Shown here piece after piece: positions 37,519-48,145 of a stretch of 64,000 nt of DNA. Below the pieces are notes generated by a model that made no database searches, was not told the DNA's origin, and worked only from the letters and a program-made list of their open reading frames with translations. The DNA is taken from NCBI GenBank assembly GCA_964566225.1, contig CAZMHV010000003.1, positions 6,658 to 70,657 of the forward strand, given 5' to 3'. The stretch comes from an uncultured Gammaproteobacteria bacterium. Its GTDB lineage: Bacteria; Patescibacteriota; Patescibacteriia; Magasanikbacterales; UBA922. The position numbers and the translations under genes are program-made. Position 1 is the stretch's first letter. The number at the start of each line of letters is the position of its first letter.

Positions 37519-38340
37519 TTAAATTTCTTTTGATCTTCTTTGTTTTTCGAGTTGAATGAGTTTGGTTATTTCGTGATAAATCAAGCCATTTTTAGGAAAC
37601 TTTTCATTAAGCTTTTCTTTGATCTTTTTTGCGGGAAGTGTCTTGTTTTCCCAGATAAAATCAATCATTTCTTGGCTATGTTTTCTTTTTCGTATTTTAA
37701 AGGCTTTTTCTTGATATAAAGTTTGAGCATTTTCAATCCATTTCCACCTTTTTTCAATATAATCTAAAACATCTCTTTTTGAAGCTTTTTGATTTATACA
37801 AATAGCTATTGGATAAGAAGCAAGCATCAACTGACGTTTTGTATTAAGATATATAATTTCTTCACCTTTATTGGCTGGATTTAATTCATCATCACAAAAA
37901 TCAACTAACTGACACATATCCACGATCGAACCCGCTTGAAGAGACAACTGAGGATAGGGATCGGTCTCGTCGATTAACGCCTTAGCAAACATGAGAAGAT
38001 CCAGGTCAAGTCCATATTTGGAAGCTATCTTTTCTTCTTGAATAAAATACTTAGTTCTTAAAAGCTTTTTACATCTTTTGCGCAATAACTCGTATCCCTT
38101 GATAATAAAGTCAAACTCATTGTTAAAATCGTTATGTCTTTTCTTTTGTTCTGGTGTATAGGTATCAAAATTTCCACTGCCATCTAAAGCATTCTGTTTT
38201 TTTTCAAATTGTCGCAACTTCTTGATATCTTTACGAAAGTTTTTATTTCTAATCAGGTCTTCAATGTAACGAAGCATTTTATTTGTCCCTTGGGTAGGGG
38301 GCCAGCTATGACCTTCTTCAGCTATTTTTACACTTTTCAT
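37519..38340 (-). CDS. Hypothetical protein (first gene of the element operon)
   Basis: 273 aa, Lys-rich, no motif recognised. Confidence 0.5.
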   Translation of the reverse strand: MKSVKIAEEGHSWPPTQGTNKMLRYIEDLIRNKNFRKDIKKLRQFEKKQNALDGSGNFDTYTPEQKKRHNDFNNEFDFIIKGYELLRKRCKKLLRTKYFIQEEKIASKYGLDLDLLMFAKALIDETDPYPQLSLQAGSIVDMCQLVDFCDDELNPANKGEEIIYLNTKRQLMLASYPIAICINQKASKRDVLDYIEKRWKWIENAQTLYQEKAFKIRKRKHSQEMIDFIWENKTLPAKKIKEKLNEKFPKNGLIYHEITKLIQLEKQRRSKEI

Positions 38341-38434
38341 ATTCTTTACAATTGTTAAGTATTGTAAAGAATAACAGAATTTGGTATAAAATTAAAGTGA
38401 AAGTAGTCCTTTATAATGAACTGGCGGCACTGTT

Positions 38435-38692
38435 GTGGGCTTTTTATATCGTTACGTCACTTTAGCCGTTCCCGATAGGAACTGTATGGTTCTTATCTTG
38501 GAACGGGCTAAAAGTCGAACGTTTCTATTTATTCAGTCTGTATTTGACTTTTCTATGAAAAATAGAATGACAAGTAAGAGTGTCGCTCGTAAAGCTTCAG
38601 GGCTTTTACGAGCTAGTGTTACCAAGACTGTGAAAGCAGTTGCTGGTAGTGCTCTTTCTCAGAGGGCTCCTAAAAGAGCGACTCGGAAATAA
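38435..38692 (+). CDS. Small basic ORF in the element control region (uncertain; overlaps a structured inverted repeat)
   Basis: 85-aa ORF divergent from the operon. Contains IR TTAGCCGTTCC...GGAACGGGCTAA (38462–38511). May be non-coding. Confidence 0.25.
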   Translation: MGFLYRYVTLAVPDRNCMVLILERAKSRTFLFIQSVFDFSMKNRMTSKSVARKASGLLRASVTKTVKAVAGSALSQRAPKRATRK

Positions 38693-38730
38693 CTCTTAAA
38701 ACTTGCCGCCAGTTTATTGTAAATGAATTT

Positions 38731-40293
38731 TTAGTGAGTGGTTATATTTTTAAAACGTGATAATAGTTCAGTTCCATTTAATAGGTTTCTCCATTCTACA
38801 GTTCTGAACGCGTCCAGCAAGGGGAGCATGGCTGGACGTTCCTTATATTCAGCGAGTGCCTGAAGGGGACTTCTTAGCTCAAATAAAAGGTTTTTACCTC
38901 TCAACTGTAAGTTCTGAAATACAAAGTTGAGTATTTGGCGTTTCTCTTCGATTTCAGAACTTTTGAAAATGTCAGAAGCTCTTTGTGCTAAAGAAAGAAG
39001 CTGTGTTGCGCTGAGGCTATAGTTTTCATCTGCATTTGTGTGGTCTTCTAGTTGAAGCTCAATATCTCGTTGCTTTTCTTTGATCTGTTTGAATTTTTTA
39101 TCATAGACGTCCTTAGTAATACTACGGTCGAGCATAAAGTCAAGTAGGGTATCAGATTGTGCTTGAAGGGCGTCATATTCGTTTCTAAGCGTGTTTACAG
39201 CCTGAGAGTGATATTTACTCTTTGTTTCGTTCATCGTGTGTATTTTAGCCGTAATTTCTGCCACTTGTATATCTGAAAGTTGGATACTATTGAATGCCTC
39301 ATAAACAGGTTTTAAGAGATCATTTTCATTTACATAGATACGTTTGCAAGTATATTTTGAGTTTGTACAACTATAATGGTTATATATCTTTTTGTGTCGC
39401 TCAGCGGTAACTCGACAACCACAGTTGGCACATGAAATAAGTCCTTTAAAGATAAAGGGGTGTGAGATTGATTTAAACGGAGTCTTTTTCTTTGATAAGC
39501 GTATTTTTGTAGCTTGTTCAAAAGTATAGCGAGAGATAATTGGCTCGTATTTATGTGGATAGGGTTTAGTTTTAGAGATCATCGTTCCACAATAGAAAGG
39601 ATTTTTCAATATACATTCAATCATGCTTTTGGAGAGTATTTTCCCATTAGCACTTTTTAATCCTTCTTTTTCCATTATATTTTTTATATCAAGCATTGAT
39701 GTGGTGCCAGATATGTACAGATCAAAAATCTTTTTTATATATTGCCTTCGAGATTCATCGACTATAATATCTCGTTGATTTTTTTCTTCACCAATATTGA
39801 GGTAGCCAATAGGTGCTCGGCCTATCCATTCGCCGTTTCGTAGTTTTTGTTCGTAAGCACGTTTAACATTATCACTGATTGCGTCAGAGTAGTATTTTGC
39901 TAGGTGTAGATTCATTCCAAAGTGAAATTTTTCTGTTGCAGAGGTTTTTTGATCTATGACAAGATTTTCAGATGTAAAGTGCAACTCAATTTTTCCTTGT
40001 TGAGCCATTTCGTATAAAAGGGGAACACGCTTGTCAAAGACATTGCGTGAAAGACGATCCACCTTATCAAAGCAGACAGCAACTGTTTCCTTTTGGTTTT
40101 TAAGATATTCAAGAGCTTTATCAAATTCGTCTCGTTTTTGTTTATACGCACTTTCGTCAAAGACAAACTGTTTATCTATTTTTAATCCTTTTCTATCACA
40201 ATAATCCTCGAGTCGTTTAACTTGAGCGGGTAGAGAGTTACCAGCTTCTTTTTGTTCTTCGGTAGAGACTCGTGCTAGAATTATCGATTTCAT
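38731..40293 (-). CDS. Large serine recombinase, copy 2 (native attP-spanning C-terminus, 520 aa)
   Basis: Identical to copy 1 except for the C-terminal tail ('...LPLLDAFRTVEWRNLLNGTELLSRFKNITTH'), which is encoded across the element-element junction. Confidence 0.85.
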   Translation of the reverse strand: MKSIILARVSTEEQKEAGNSLPAQVKRLEDYCDRKGLKIDKQFVFDESAYKQKRDEFDKALEYLKNQKETVAVCFDKVDRLSRNVFDKRVPLLYEMAQQGKIELHFTSENLVIDQKTSATEKFHFGMNLHLAKYYSDAISDNVKRAYEQKLRNGEWIGRAPIGYLNIGEEKNQRDIIVDESRRQYIKKIFDLYISGTTSMLDIKNIMEKEGLKSANGKILSKSMIECILKNPFYCGTMISKTKPYPHKYEPIISRYTFEQATKIRLSKKKTPFKSISHPFIFKGLISCANCGCRVTAERHKKIYNHYSCTNSKYTCKRIYVNENDLLKPVYEAFNSIQLSDIQVAEITAKIHTMNETKSKYHSQAVNTLRNEYDALQAQSDTLLDFMLDRSITKDVYDKKFKQIKEKQRDIELQLEDHTNADENYSLSATQLLSLAQRASDIFKSSEIEEKRQILNFVFQNLQLRGKNLLFELRSPLQALAEYKERPAMLPLLDAFRTVEWRNLLNGTELLSRFKNITTH

Positions 40294-40306
40294 ATGCTTT
40301 GTATTG

Positions 40307-43135
40307 TTAACTTGTCAATAGCTTCTTCTGAAAATCTATTGCAAAGTCGCCTTCGCCACGAGTATCAGAGTTATAGAACTTTATGCCGATTGGCTTTATT
40401 ACTTTGTAGCCGTGCTTACTCATTTCAGCTAGATAATCTTTGTAGGCCTGCTTGTCGTTTTCGCCTGCATCAAACACAACATCACTGTCATCGTTCAGAC
40501 TTATCAAGGCTTCTTCTTTCCAAGCGTCTTGTGCTAGCAAGTGACCACCCTTCGGCTCAATAATTACCTGATAATACAGTTCGTTGCGAGCCACATCATT
40601 GATGATGAGTACATAGTCTGGGCTAAACCTACGACCATCTTTTATGTTATATAGCCAATAGTCCAGTTCGTTACGAATAAGATATATTTCAGCACCTTCG
40701 TATCTAGTGTGTAAGTCGGCAATCTGGCTCGCTAAATATTTCACGAAGCGTTTTTCTTCACTTGTGCCATAGTTTTCACTATACGCATACCAGTCAGCAT
40801 CTTTTATGTTGAACTGTAATTCAGGGTTGTCGTGGTCGCTTTGAGCTTTAGCACGTTCATCAGAACTTATAAACACCTTTTCGCCCGTTACTGGGTCAAC
40901 GGATGGAAACGACATCAAATAAATGTCCTTTTCTTTGCTAAACACCTGCGATAATGACACTGGACGGAACTTGTTGCTACCAGCTTCACGTGGCATATAA
41001 ATATCTATTCGCCTACGGACTTCTGGCAATATCGCACCAACTAGCAGTTGGAGTTTTTCTTGAGCGTTTAGCGAGCCAATATCTTTACCGTCTTCGTAGG
41101 TATAAGTAATTGCGTATTTCGGCAGGTATTTGTTCATCAGTTCATCAACCGTTTGTAGTTCGGGTATATGATGACGTAGGTTGTTGAATCGGAAGAAGTT
41201 GGCTTCGGCACATACCAACGCTTTGCGAATTATTGGTTCCGCAAAGAACTCATCGGTAATGCGTATAACTTTGGTTTTCTGACTCGCAATTTGTTGATTT
41301 TGCTCGTAATCGTTCAAAGCCCTTGCTCGCAGGTTATACAAGCCCGCTTTGATGGTGCGATTGAAGGTAGTGTCAATTTCTTCGTCAGTTGTTTTGTTGC
41401 GTTTTGTCGTGTGGTTGACCAGCACAAATCCTTTTTTATACGTTTCGCTTTCTAAAAAGTGTTGTTTGAGTGTAATGGTCTTCTGTTCAATACCTTCATT
41501 AATAATACCTTCGCCCAGCAAATCACGTTGTAAGTTTTCTAGAAACATACCCGTTTTTACAAAGTGATACACGAAAGTTTCCAGCACACGCCCACGTTCA
41601 AACGGTGCTTTATCAAATTTACGCTTGTACTTATCAAACTCTATATTTCGCTGTGTAAATTCAAATGTTTGGTTCTCTCTTTCGTCTGGCTTATACGAGC
41701 TTGGTAGTTCATAAGGGAAATACCTAGCCCCACGCCCAATCAACTGAATATCTTGTAACGACACCTTCTTGGCTTCACTAATATCAAAGTGAATAATGTC
41801 GTATAAACTCAATACGTCCCATCCTTCATTCAGAGCATTGACGCTAAATATGGCACGAATGGTGTTTCGTTGACTGTCTAACAGTGGCAATAGCTCGGCT
41901 TTTTCTTTCTTCTGACTGTTATATATCAACGTGTTGTCATGTGCAAAGCTTGCTCGTATTTCGCTAACAAACTTATTTAGTCCATCCCAATCGCCTTGTG
42001 TTACAAAGCCATTTTTAGGCTCCCTCAGCCAATCAAACAAATCTTTTAATATCTCGTGTTCACGATTGTTGTTTTCTTGACCCAATTCTTTTAGGTGGTT
42101 CAAATCTTCTGGTCGCAAACTACTTATGACAGTATCAAAAAATGCACGGTCTTCTTCGCTTTGTGCGATTTTGACAGACTTTATCAACACCACAGGCTTC
42201 ATCTCTACGCCCATTTCACGCTGAGCAAGCAATCTACGATATTCGCTTAACACTACGGCATTGACTATCAGTAGGCGTTTTTGGTCTTCAGTGTGAACCT
42301 CTTTGTTGTATAGGAACTTCACGTCTTTGCTATACCTATCACGATTGAACTCCAAGAAATCGTAACGATGAACGAGCTTATCGCTATATTTAGTATGTAT
42401 TGCTTCATTCGCCAAATCTACGGTTGCAGTATATTCAAGTAATAAGTTTTCTTCACGAGCCTTAACTGCCTTCATCACAGCAGTTTCCCAATTTCGCACT
42501 TCTTCTATATCGCCTTTATTTTTACTGCGAGTATCTACGTTCAAACGGTGGGCTTCATCGGCAATAATCACCACGTTGTTATCGGCAAAATCTTGAGCTG
42601 TTAGTCCATTTTCTTTGTCTTCAATTAGATGGTTATACAGCAGTGAAGTGCTAAAAAACATAAAGTTGATAGCATTACGATCTGCGTCCGCTATACTTGG
42701 CACAGCTTTTATACCTACATTACGCCCATTTATTTTGACGCCTTTTGGGTTGAACAAATATTTTTCAAACTTGTAATCGGTAAAGTTTTTGAGCGCTTGG
42801 TCTTTAATTTGTATTTGATGGACTAAAAATAGGAAGTTGCGGTAGCCTTGTGCGTATAGATACAGTACTACAGACGCCATTACGAGCGTTTTCCCAGTTC
42901 CAGTCGCCATATTGAACAGCACATGCTTGGCTTTTGCCCTGTCGCTTTCATACAGCCAAATAAAGTGTTTCAAGGCTCGCACTTGGTACTCACGCAGGGT
43001 TTTGCTCAAATTGTCCGTGATATATTCAGGCACAATAAATGAGCGTTCCCATATTTGGTAGGTAGGGTTGTTTTCTATTTGGTTGAATAGAAAATCGCCT
43101 AATGTTGCATTGATTTTAGTTTTCGTTTTCACCAT
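40307..43135 (-). CDS. res: Type III R-M restriction subunit Res (copy 2)
   Basis: Identical to 30989–33817. Confidence 0.85.
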   Translation of the reverse strand: MVKTKTKINATLGDFLFNQIENNPTYQIWERSFIVPEYITDNLSKTLREYQVRALKHFIWLYESDRAKAKHVLFNMATGTGKTLVMASVVLYLYAQGYRNFLFLVHQIQIKDQALKNFTDYKFEKYLFNPKGVKINGRNVGIKAVPSIADADRNAINFMFFSTSLLYNHLIEDKENGLTAQDFADNNVVIIADEAHRLNVDTRSKNKGDIEEVRNWETAVMKAVKAREENLLLEYTATVDLANEAIHTKYSDKLVHRYDFLEFNRDRYSKDVKFLYNKEVHTEDQKRLLIVNAVVLSEYRRLLAQREMGVEMKPVVLIKSVKIAQSEEDRAFFDTVISSLRPEDLNHLKELGQENNNREHEILKDLFDWLREPKNGFVTQGDWDGLNKFVSEIRASFAHDNTLIYNSQKKEKAELLPLLDSQRNTIRAIFSVNALNEGWDVLSLYDIIHFDISEAKKVSLQDIQLIGRGARYFPYELPSSYKPDERENQTFEFTQRNIEFDKYKRKFDKAPFERGRVLETFVYHFVKTGMFLENLQRDLLGEGIINEGIEQKTITLKQHFLESETYKKGFVLVNHTTKRNKTTDEEIDTTFNRTIKAGLYNLRARALNDYEQNQQIASQKTKVIRITDEFFAEPIIRKALVCAEANFFRFNNLRHHIPELQTVDELMNKYLPKYAITYTYEDGKDIGSLNAQEKLQLLVGAILPEVRRRIDIYMPREAGSNKFRPVSLSQVFSKEKDIYLMSFPSVDPVTGEKVFISSDERAKAQSDHDNPELQFNIKDADWYAYSENYGTSEEKRFVKYLASQIADLHTRYEGAEIYLIRNELDYWLYNIKDGRRFSPDYVLIINDVARNELYYQVIIEPKGGHLLAQDAWKEEALISLNDDSDVVFDAGENDKQAYKDYLAEMSKHGYKVIKPIGIKFYNSDTRGEGDFAIDFQKKLLTS

Positions 43136-44831
43136 AGAACTTCTCGGTTAGTGCCTTTTCATCTTTCGATACTGTGTGCCGTGTATCGTTCATATCGGCG
43201 TAATTTAGGTATAGCTGGTTTTCGTCTAGTATGTCGGCAAGTGCCTGCTTGCGACCAGCCAAATCAAGCTTGCGAAAGTTTTCGTCTTTTTCAAACTCGG
43301 CACGGTCAAACCAGAACTTCAAGAAGGCGTTGTTACGCATATCTACATACAGGTTTTCCAGTTCTTTGATACTCGTGGCTTCCATAATAGCGTCAATATA
43401 TTCTTGGTTGTATTTCTTCAACTCAAAGTAAACAAACGAGGTGTTGCTGTAATACTTTTTTATGGCATTTTCTAAACGCTTGAAGGTAACGTTATTTACA
43501 TAGTCCATCTGTTCAATCAAGATGAACTTACGACTACCACCATCTTCGGCATTTTGAGCCATCACAGCCTGTGCGGTAGTGCCTGAACCACCAAAAAAGT
43601 CCAGCACGATGTCATCGGGCTCAGTGCTGATTTGTATACTGTCTTTGACCATAGCAACTGACTTAGGGTAACTAAATACTTTGCCACCAATCATGTCTTT
43701 CAAGTCGCTAGTCCCCGTTGTTCCAGAGTATTCAGGTCTAAACCAAAGCGATTTTGGTCGTTCTCCCTTTATACGAAGTTTAGTGTATATTTTATATTCG
43801 CCATTGACTTTTCTTACTTCCGTTTCGGTTTTCCATTTTTCCATAAGTGTATCTCTGCCCCAACGCCATCTTCGTTCAATTCCATTACTATCAATCGGTA
43901 GCATTTCAACACCGTTTTCAGATTTTGAGATAGACACTTCTTTTGTGTCGGGGTCGTAATAGACAGGGTAAAAAAGATTTGGTCGGTCTTCTCGCCGTGA
44001 GCCATCACCACTACGCTGTAATGGTATGCTTTTATATTTACTTATTTCATCTTCTTGCGGGTAACTGCTTGAATTATCAAAGTTGAAGTCTTTAATTTTT
44101 GCGTATTTGGCATTTTTAGCATATACAATCTTATTCTCGTGTGCGGGCGAAAAAAACTCGTTATATCTTCCCTTTAAATTATGGACAACAGCAAGCACAC
44201 CAAGCCTATTTTCATAACCAAAAATCTCGTCAGCCAAAACGCCCAAATAAAACAATTCGTAGTGGTCAATATCTATAAAAATCATACCATCTTCGGTCAG
44301 CAACTCTTTGGCTACTTCAAGTCTGTTTTTCATAAATGTAAGCCACGAACTGTGATTGAAGTTATTGTTATAGGCAAAGGTGTTGGCGTCCGTGCGGGTA
44401 TTGTAAGGCGGGTCAATATAAATGAACTTAACTTTGCCCGCTAAGCGTTCACGCAGGGTATAAAGTGCTAACAGGTTGTTGCCCTTGATAAGCAGGTTTT
44501 GTTTTAGATTGTCGTCTTCGTCAAAAAACTGAATATCGCTATCGGCGGTCAGTGCCTTTTCTCCGTCTTTGTCTATAAGGCGAAAGTCAGTTAGAACCTT
44601 CGGTTCTTCTAGTGTGTCTATATCTTTACTATCTAGCGTTTGATGTAAAAAGCGTTCATCACGCCCTACATCTTCTTTGCTCATACCCGCTTCCAGCACA
44701 GCGTCCTTGAACGGAAATGATAACACTACATCGTTATCGTTTTTGATAAAACTGCCCTTACTCGTACTGACCAACCCTATCTTATTCGGATATTGCGTAT
44801 ATCTTCCTTTTTTAGATGAATTATTTGTCAT
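43116..44831 (-). CDS. mod: Type III R-M Mod methyltransferase (copy 2)
   Basis: Identical to 33798–35513. Confidence 0.85.
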   Translation of the reverse strand: MTNNSSKKGRYTQYPNKIGLVSTSKGSFIKNDNDVVLSFPFKDAVLEAGMSKEDVGRDERFLHQTLDSKDIDTLEEPKVLTDFRLIDKDGEKALTADSDIQFFDEDDNLKQNLLIKGNNLLALYTLRERLAGKVKFIYIDPPYNTRTDANTFAYNNNFNHSSWLTFMKNRLEVAKELLTEDGMIFIDIDHYELFYLGVLADEIFGYENRLGVLAVVHNLKGRYNEFFSPAHENKIVYAKNAKYAKIKDFNFDNSSSYPQEDEISKYKSIPLQRSGDGSRREDRPNLFYPVYYDPDTKEVSISKSENGVEMLPIDSNGIERRWRWGRDTLMEKWKTETEVRKVNGEYKIYTKLRIKGERPKSLWFRPEYSGTTGTSDLKDMIGGKVFSYPKSVAMVKDSIQISTEPDDIVLDFFGGSGTTAQAVMAQNAEDGGSRKFILIEQMDYVNNVTFKRLENAIKKYYSNTSFVYFELKKYNQEYIDAIMEATSIKELENLYVDMRNNAFLKFWFDRAEFEKDENFRKLDLAGRKQALADILDENQLYLNYADMNDTRHTVSKDEKALTEKFYGENEN

Positions 44832-44834
44832 AAT

Positions 44835-45200
44835 TTATTGGGTACTTACTTGTTTTAAAAATGTATCAAACTCTTTTTGATCAATTCTGTATTCTTTACC
44901 AATTTTATATGCTGTTAATTTTCCAGCTTTGATATAACGATAAATGGTCATCGGGTTAACCCTTAGTTTATTTGCTAGTTCTTCTACTAAGTAAAAGTCA
45001 TTTTTATTTTCTTGTTTTGACAGATCTATTTTTACTATAGGAGCTTCTTGGTTATTTTTAGGAATTGGTTTATAAACCAGTTTTACCAACTGTAAAAGTT
45101 TATGTGCCTGTTGAAAGGCATCGTCCTTGGATAATCTTTCGCCAAACTGTTCCTCGTATAACTTTTGAAACTCTTCTAGAGCTTTATCATCTATTTTCAT
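44835..45200 (-). CDS. Excisionase-family HTH protein (copy 2)
   Basis: Identical to 35517–35882. Confidence 0.6.
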   Translation of the reverse strand: MKIDDKALEEFQKLYEEQFGERLSKDDAFQQAHKLLQLVKLVYKPIPKNNQEAPIVKIDLSKQENKNDFYLVEELANKLRVNPMTIYRYIKAGKLTAYKIGKEYRIDQKEFDTFLKQVSTQ

Positions 45201-45241
45201 ATGTTTATAGTTAATGTAATTATACTTTACTTTGGTTTACA

Positions 45242-46363
45242 TTACAAACTGAGTTTATAGGGCTCAAAAGTGGATAACTCTTTTTCAATATCTTGAACAA
45301 AACCATGGGTATTTATGGGGAAAGGAGGGGATTTAAAACGTGCCAAGTCTCTTTTAACGTCATTCCAATCTGCCTTGGGTCTATAAGAAGCCACAATAGT
45401 CCTGAGTTGTCTCATTCCTTGGTCTTTGGCTAATAAATTAAAGCCTACAGCCTTAACGGCTTGTTTTATGCTTAGTGTTGGGTCGTGGTGAAGTGTCCTT
45501 TTAAGGATAGAAAGTGGATTCGTATCCATATCAAGTACAAATTTGTTATTATCGTTAAAAAAGTCAGACCAATATTTTTGAAGGATGTTTTGGGAACGTT
45601 CATGGCTTAGGATATCTTTAAGGGTAGGATTTTGTTTATAGCCAAGTTTGAATAATGTCTTGTTTACGTATTTTTTGGTGGAAAGGCGTATTTCAATTCG
45701 TAATAATTTGTGAGATATTATCGAGTTTTTTACTTTGTCAAAAAGAGAAAGTTGTTTATCAGTTTTATCTTGATCCATTGAACGTTTTTGAGGCCTTGGT
45801 ATATCTGCAAACTTGTCGTACATAACAAAAGAATGTGAGTTAGTATAAAACTGGTAAGCATACCCTTCGTTACGAAAGTCGGCCTTATTTGTATCCATAC
45901 GTTTGGATATGTCAATTTTTGCAAGTTCCTGTATGGCGAGGGTGGCTGTGTATCCGTCAGACAAAGGTATATTCTTTCCTACGTGAAAGGCTACAACTGG
46001 AGCCTCTAAAAGATGATCTGTGAGTATCATAACTCCACGTTCAAACATTCTTTTCCTTAAGGTATCTATTGCTTTTGTATAGTCTTCTTGAGTATATTCG
46101 TTTATATTTTCACCGTCGTTTATGAGCTTTGGGATAGAGCATTCTACTTTCAAAACACGTGTTTGGGCATAGTATTGTGTCGTATAGAGTGTCATGCGTG
46201 GATAGTAATGACTTTCTTTTTCCTGTTTGCTCGGGTTATTTTTGAAGTTGGTTCCAGGGAAAAATCTAAGACTCCCAACGCCATCTGTTGGAGGTGAAAA
46301 TTTATCGTGGTGCATTATTTGATAACGTCCCCAAGGAATGAGGAATATAACAGTATCTACCAT
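45242..46363 (-). CDS. Hypothetical element protein (copy 2)
   Basis: Identical to 35924–37045. Confidence 0.35.
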   Translation of the reverse strand: MVDTVIFLIPWGRYQIMHHDKFSPPTDGVGSLRFFPGTNFKNNPSKQEKESHYYPRMTLYTTQYYAQTRVLKVECSIPKLINDGENINEYTQEDYTKAIDTLRKRMFERGVMILTDHLLEAPVVAFHVGKNIPLSDGYTATLAIQELAKIDISKRMDTNKADFRNEGYAYQFYTNSHSFVMYDKFADIPRPQKRSMDQDKTDKQLSLFDKVKNSIISHKLLRIEIRLSTKKYVNKTLFKLGYKQNPTLKDILSHERSQNILQKYWSDFFNDNNKFVLDMDTNPLSILKRTLHHDPTLSIKQAVKAVGFNLLAKDQGMRQLRTIVASYRPKADWNDVKRDLARFKSPPFPINTHGFVQDIEKELSTFEPYKLSL

Positions 46364-46391
46364 ATCATTACATCTTTTGGGCCTTACAATT

Positions 46392-46652
46392 TTATATAAT
46401 TTCTTTAACTTTTTTAGTGATTGCGTCTTCTATTGCTTTGCTTGTCTCTTTATCTATCGGGTGGTATATGTTAAAACTCTTTTCTGCTACTTTTTTGGTA
46501 GGATAGGTTATTCTATATCCTGAGCCATCTAGCTTAAGGTGTACGCCTATGGACCCAAGGTAGAGAGAGTTGTCTATAACTATAGAGGCCATAGCAATTA
46601 GGCCATCTTTAGGCTTTATTGGTACTATCTGTACTTCTGTTACGTTTTTCAT
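46392..46652 (-). CDS. spoVG: SpoVG-family protein (copy 2)
   Basis: Identical to 37074–37334. Confidence 0.7.
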   Translation of the reverse strand: MKNVTEVQIVPIKPKDGLIAMASIVIDNSLYLGSIGVHLKLDGSGYRITYPTKKVAEKSFNIYHPIDKETSKAIEDAITKKVKEII

Positions 46653-46836
46653 AAAGTTGTGGATTATTACGTTTATCTATTTCCCAAAGCAAAGCAAAAA
46701 ACTGAGCAAGATTTGTGATCTGTCCGTTTGTAGAGGGGATCTGGTTGTCAGTCTCTTTTGGATACATAAAACCTGATGGTGTTATCATCAGGTTATCATT
46801 GCTTTACATTTGAAGATAAGAAGTTAGTGACCCACG

Positions 46837-47658
46837 TTAAATTTCTTTTGATCTTCTTTGTTTTTCGAGTTGAATGAGTTTGGTTATTTCGTGATAAATC
46901 AAGCCATTTTTAGGAAACTTTTCATTAAGCTTTTCTTTGATCTTTTTTGCGGGAAGTGTCTTGTTTTCCCAGATAAAATCAATCATTTCTTGGCTATGTT
47001 TTCTTTTTCGTATTTTAAAGGCTTTTTCTTGATATAAAGTTTGAGCATTTTCAATCCATTTCCACCTTTTTTCAATATAATCTAAAACATCTCTTTTTGA
47101 AGCTTTTTGATTTATACAAATAGCTATTGGATAAGAAGCAAGCATCAACTGACGTTTTGTATTAAGATATATAATTTCTTCACCTTTATTGGCTGGATTT
47201 AATTCATCATCACAAAAATCAACTAACTGACACATATCCACGATCGAACCCGCTTGAAGAGACAACTGAGGATAGGGATCGGTCTCGTCGATTAACGCCT
47301 TAGCAAACATGAGAAGATCCAGGTCAAGTCCATATTTGGAAGCTATCTTTTCTTCTTGAATAAAATACTTAGTTCTTAAAAGCTTTTTACATCTTTTGCG
47401 CAATAACTCGTATCCCTTGATAATAAAGTCAAACTCATTGTTAAAATCGTTATGTCTTTTCTTTTGTTCTGGTGTATAGGTATCAAAATTTCCACTGCCA
47501 TCTAAAGCATTCTGTTTTTTTTCAAATTGTCGCAACTTCTTGATATCTTTACGAAAGTTTTTATTTCTAATCAGGTCTTCAATGTAACGAAGCATTTTAT
47601 TTGTCCCTTGGGTAGGGGGCCAGCTATGACCTTCTTCAGCTATTTTTACACTTTTCAT
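46837..47658 (-). CDS. Hypothetical protein (copy 2)
   Basis: Identical to 37519–38340. Confidence 0.5.
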   Translation of the reverse strand: MKSVKIAEEGHSWPPTQGTNKMLRYIEDLIRNKNFRKDIKKLRQFEKKQNALDGSGNFDTYTPEQKKRHNDFNNEFDFIIKGYELLRKRCKKLLRTKYFIQEEKIASKYGLDLDLLMFAKALIDETDPYPQLSLQAGSIVDMCQLVDFCDDELNPANKGEEIIYLNTKRQLMLASYPIAICINQKASKRDVLDYIEKRWKWIENAQTLYQEKAFKIRKRKHSQEMIDFIWENKTLPAKKIKEKLNEKFPKNGLIYHEITKLIQLEKQRRSKEI

Positions 47659-48145
47659 ATTCTTTACAATTGTTAAGTATTGTAAAGAATAACAGAATTT
47701 GGTATAAAATTAAAGTGAAAGTAGTCCTTTATAATGAACTGGCGGCACTGTTGTGGGCTTTTTATATCGTTACGTCACTTTAGCCGTTCCCGATAGGAAC
47801 TGTATGGTTCTTATCTTGGAACGGGCTAAAAGTCGAACGTTTCTATTTATTCAGTCTGTATTTGACTTTTCTATGAAAAATAGAATGACAAGTAAGAGTG
47901 TCGCTCGTAAAGCTTCAGGGCTTTTACGAGCTAGTGTTACCAAGACTGTGAAAGCAGTTGCTGGTAGTGCTCTTTCTCAGAGGGCTCCTAAAAGAGCGAC
48001 TCGGAAATAACTCTTAAAACTTGCCGCCAGTTTATTGTAAATGAATTTTTAGTGAGTGGTTATATTTTTAAAACGTGATAATAGTTCAGTTCCATTTAAT
48101 AGGTTTCTCCATTCTACAGTTCTGAACGCGTCCAGCAAGGGGAGC

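Larger units (their letters stand above)
29504..38827. mobile_element. Integrative element copy 1 (9,318 bp): serine recombinase, Type III R-M and cargo genes, inserted at the tRNA-Asn 3' end
   Basis: Left junction attL: GTCCAGCcctGGGAGCatgGCTGGAC. Internal attP-like junction at 38805–38846. All seven genes are on the minus strand. The element differs in composition and gene content from the flanking core genes. Confidence 0.8.
38822..48145. mobile_element. Integrative element copy 2 (9,318 bp), a perfect tandem repeat of copy 1
   Basis: All ORF translations are identical to copy 1 at an offset of exactly 9,318 nt. Right junction attR at 48123–48160: GTCCAGCaagGGGAGCtgaatcggcc. Confidence 0.8.

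Noticed and set aside
29504-48145. Possibility that the two 9.3-kb direct repeats are a CRISPR-like or segmental array
   Set aside because: The units are 9,318 bp long, gene-bearing and bounded by serine-integrase att junctions at a tRNA. This is a tandem mobile-element insertion, not a CRISPR array. No short repeat-spacer structure occurs anywhere in the window.
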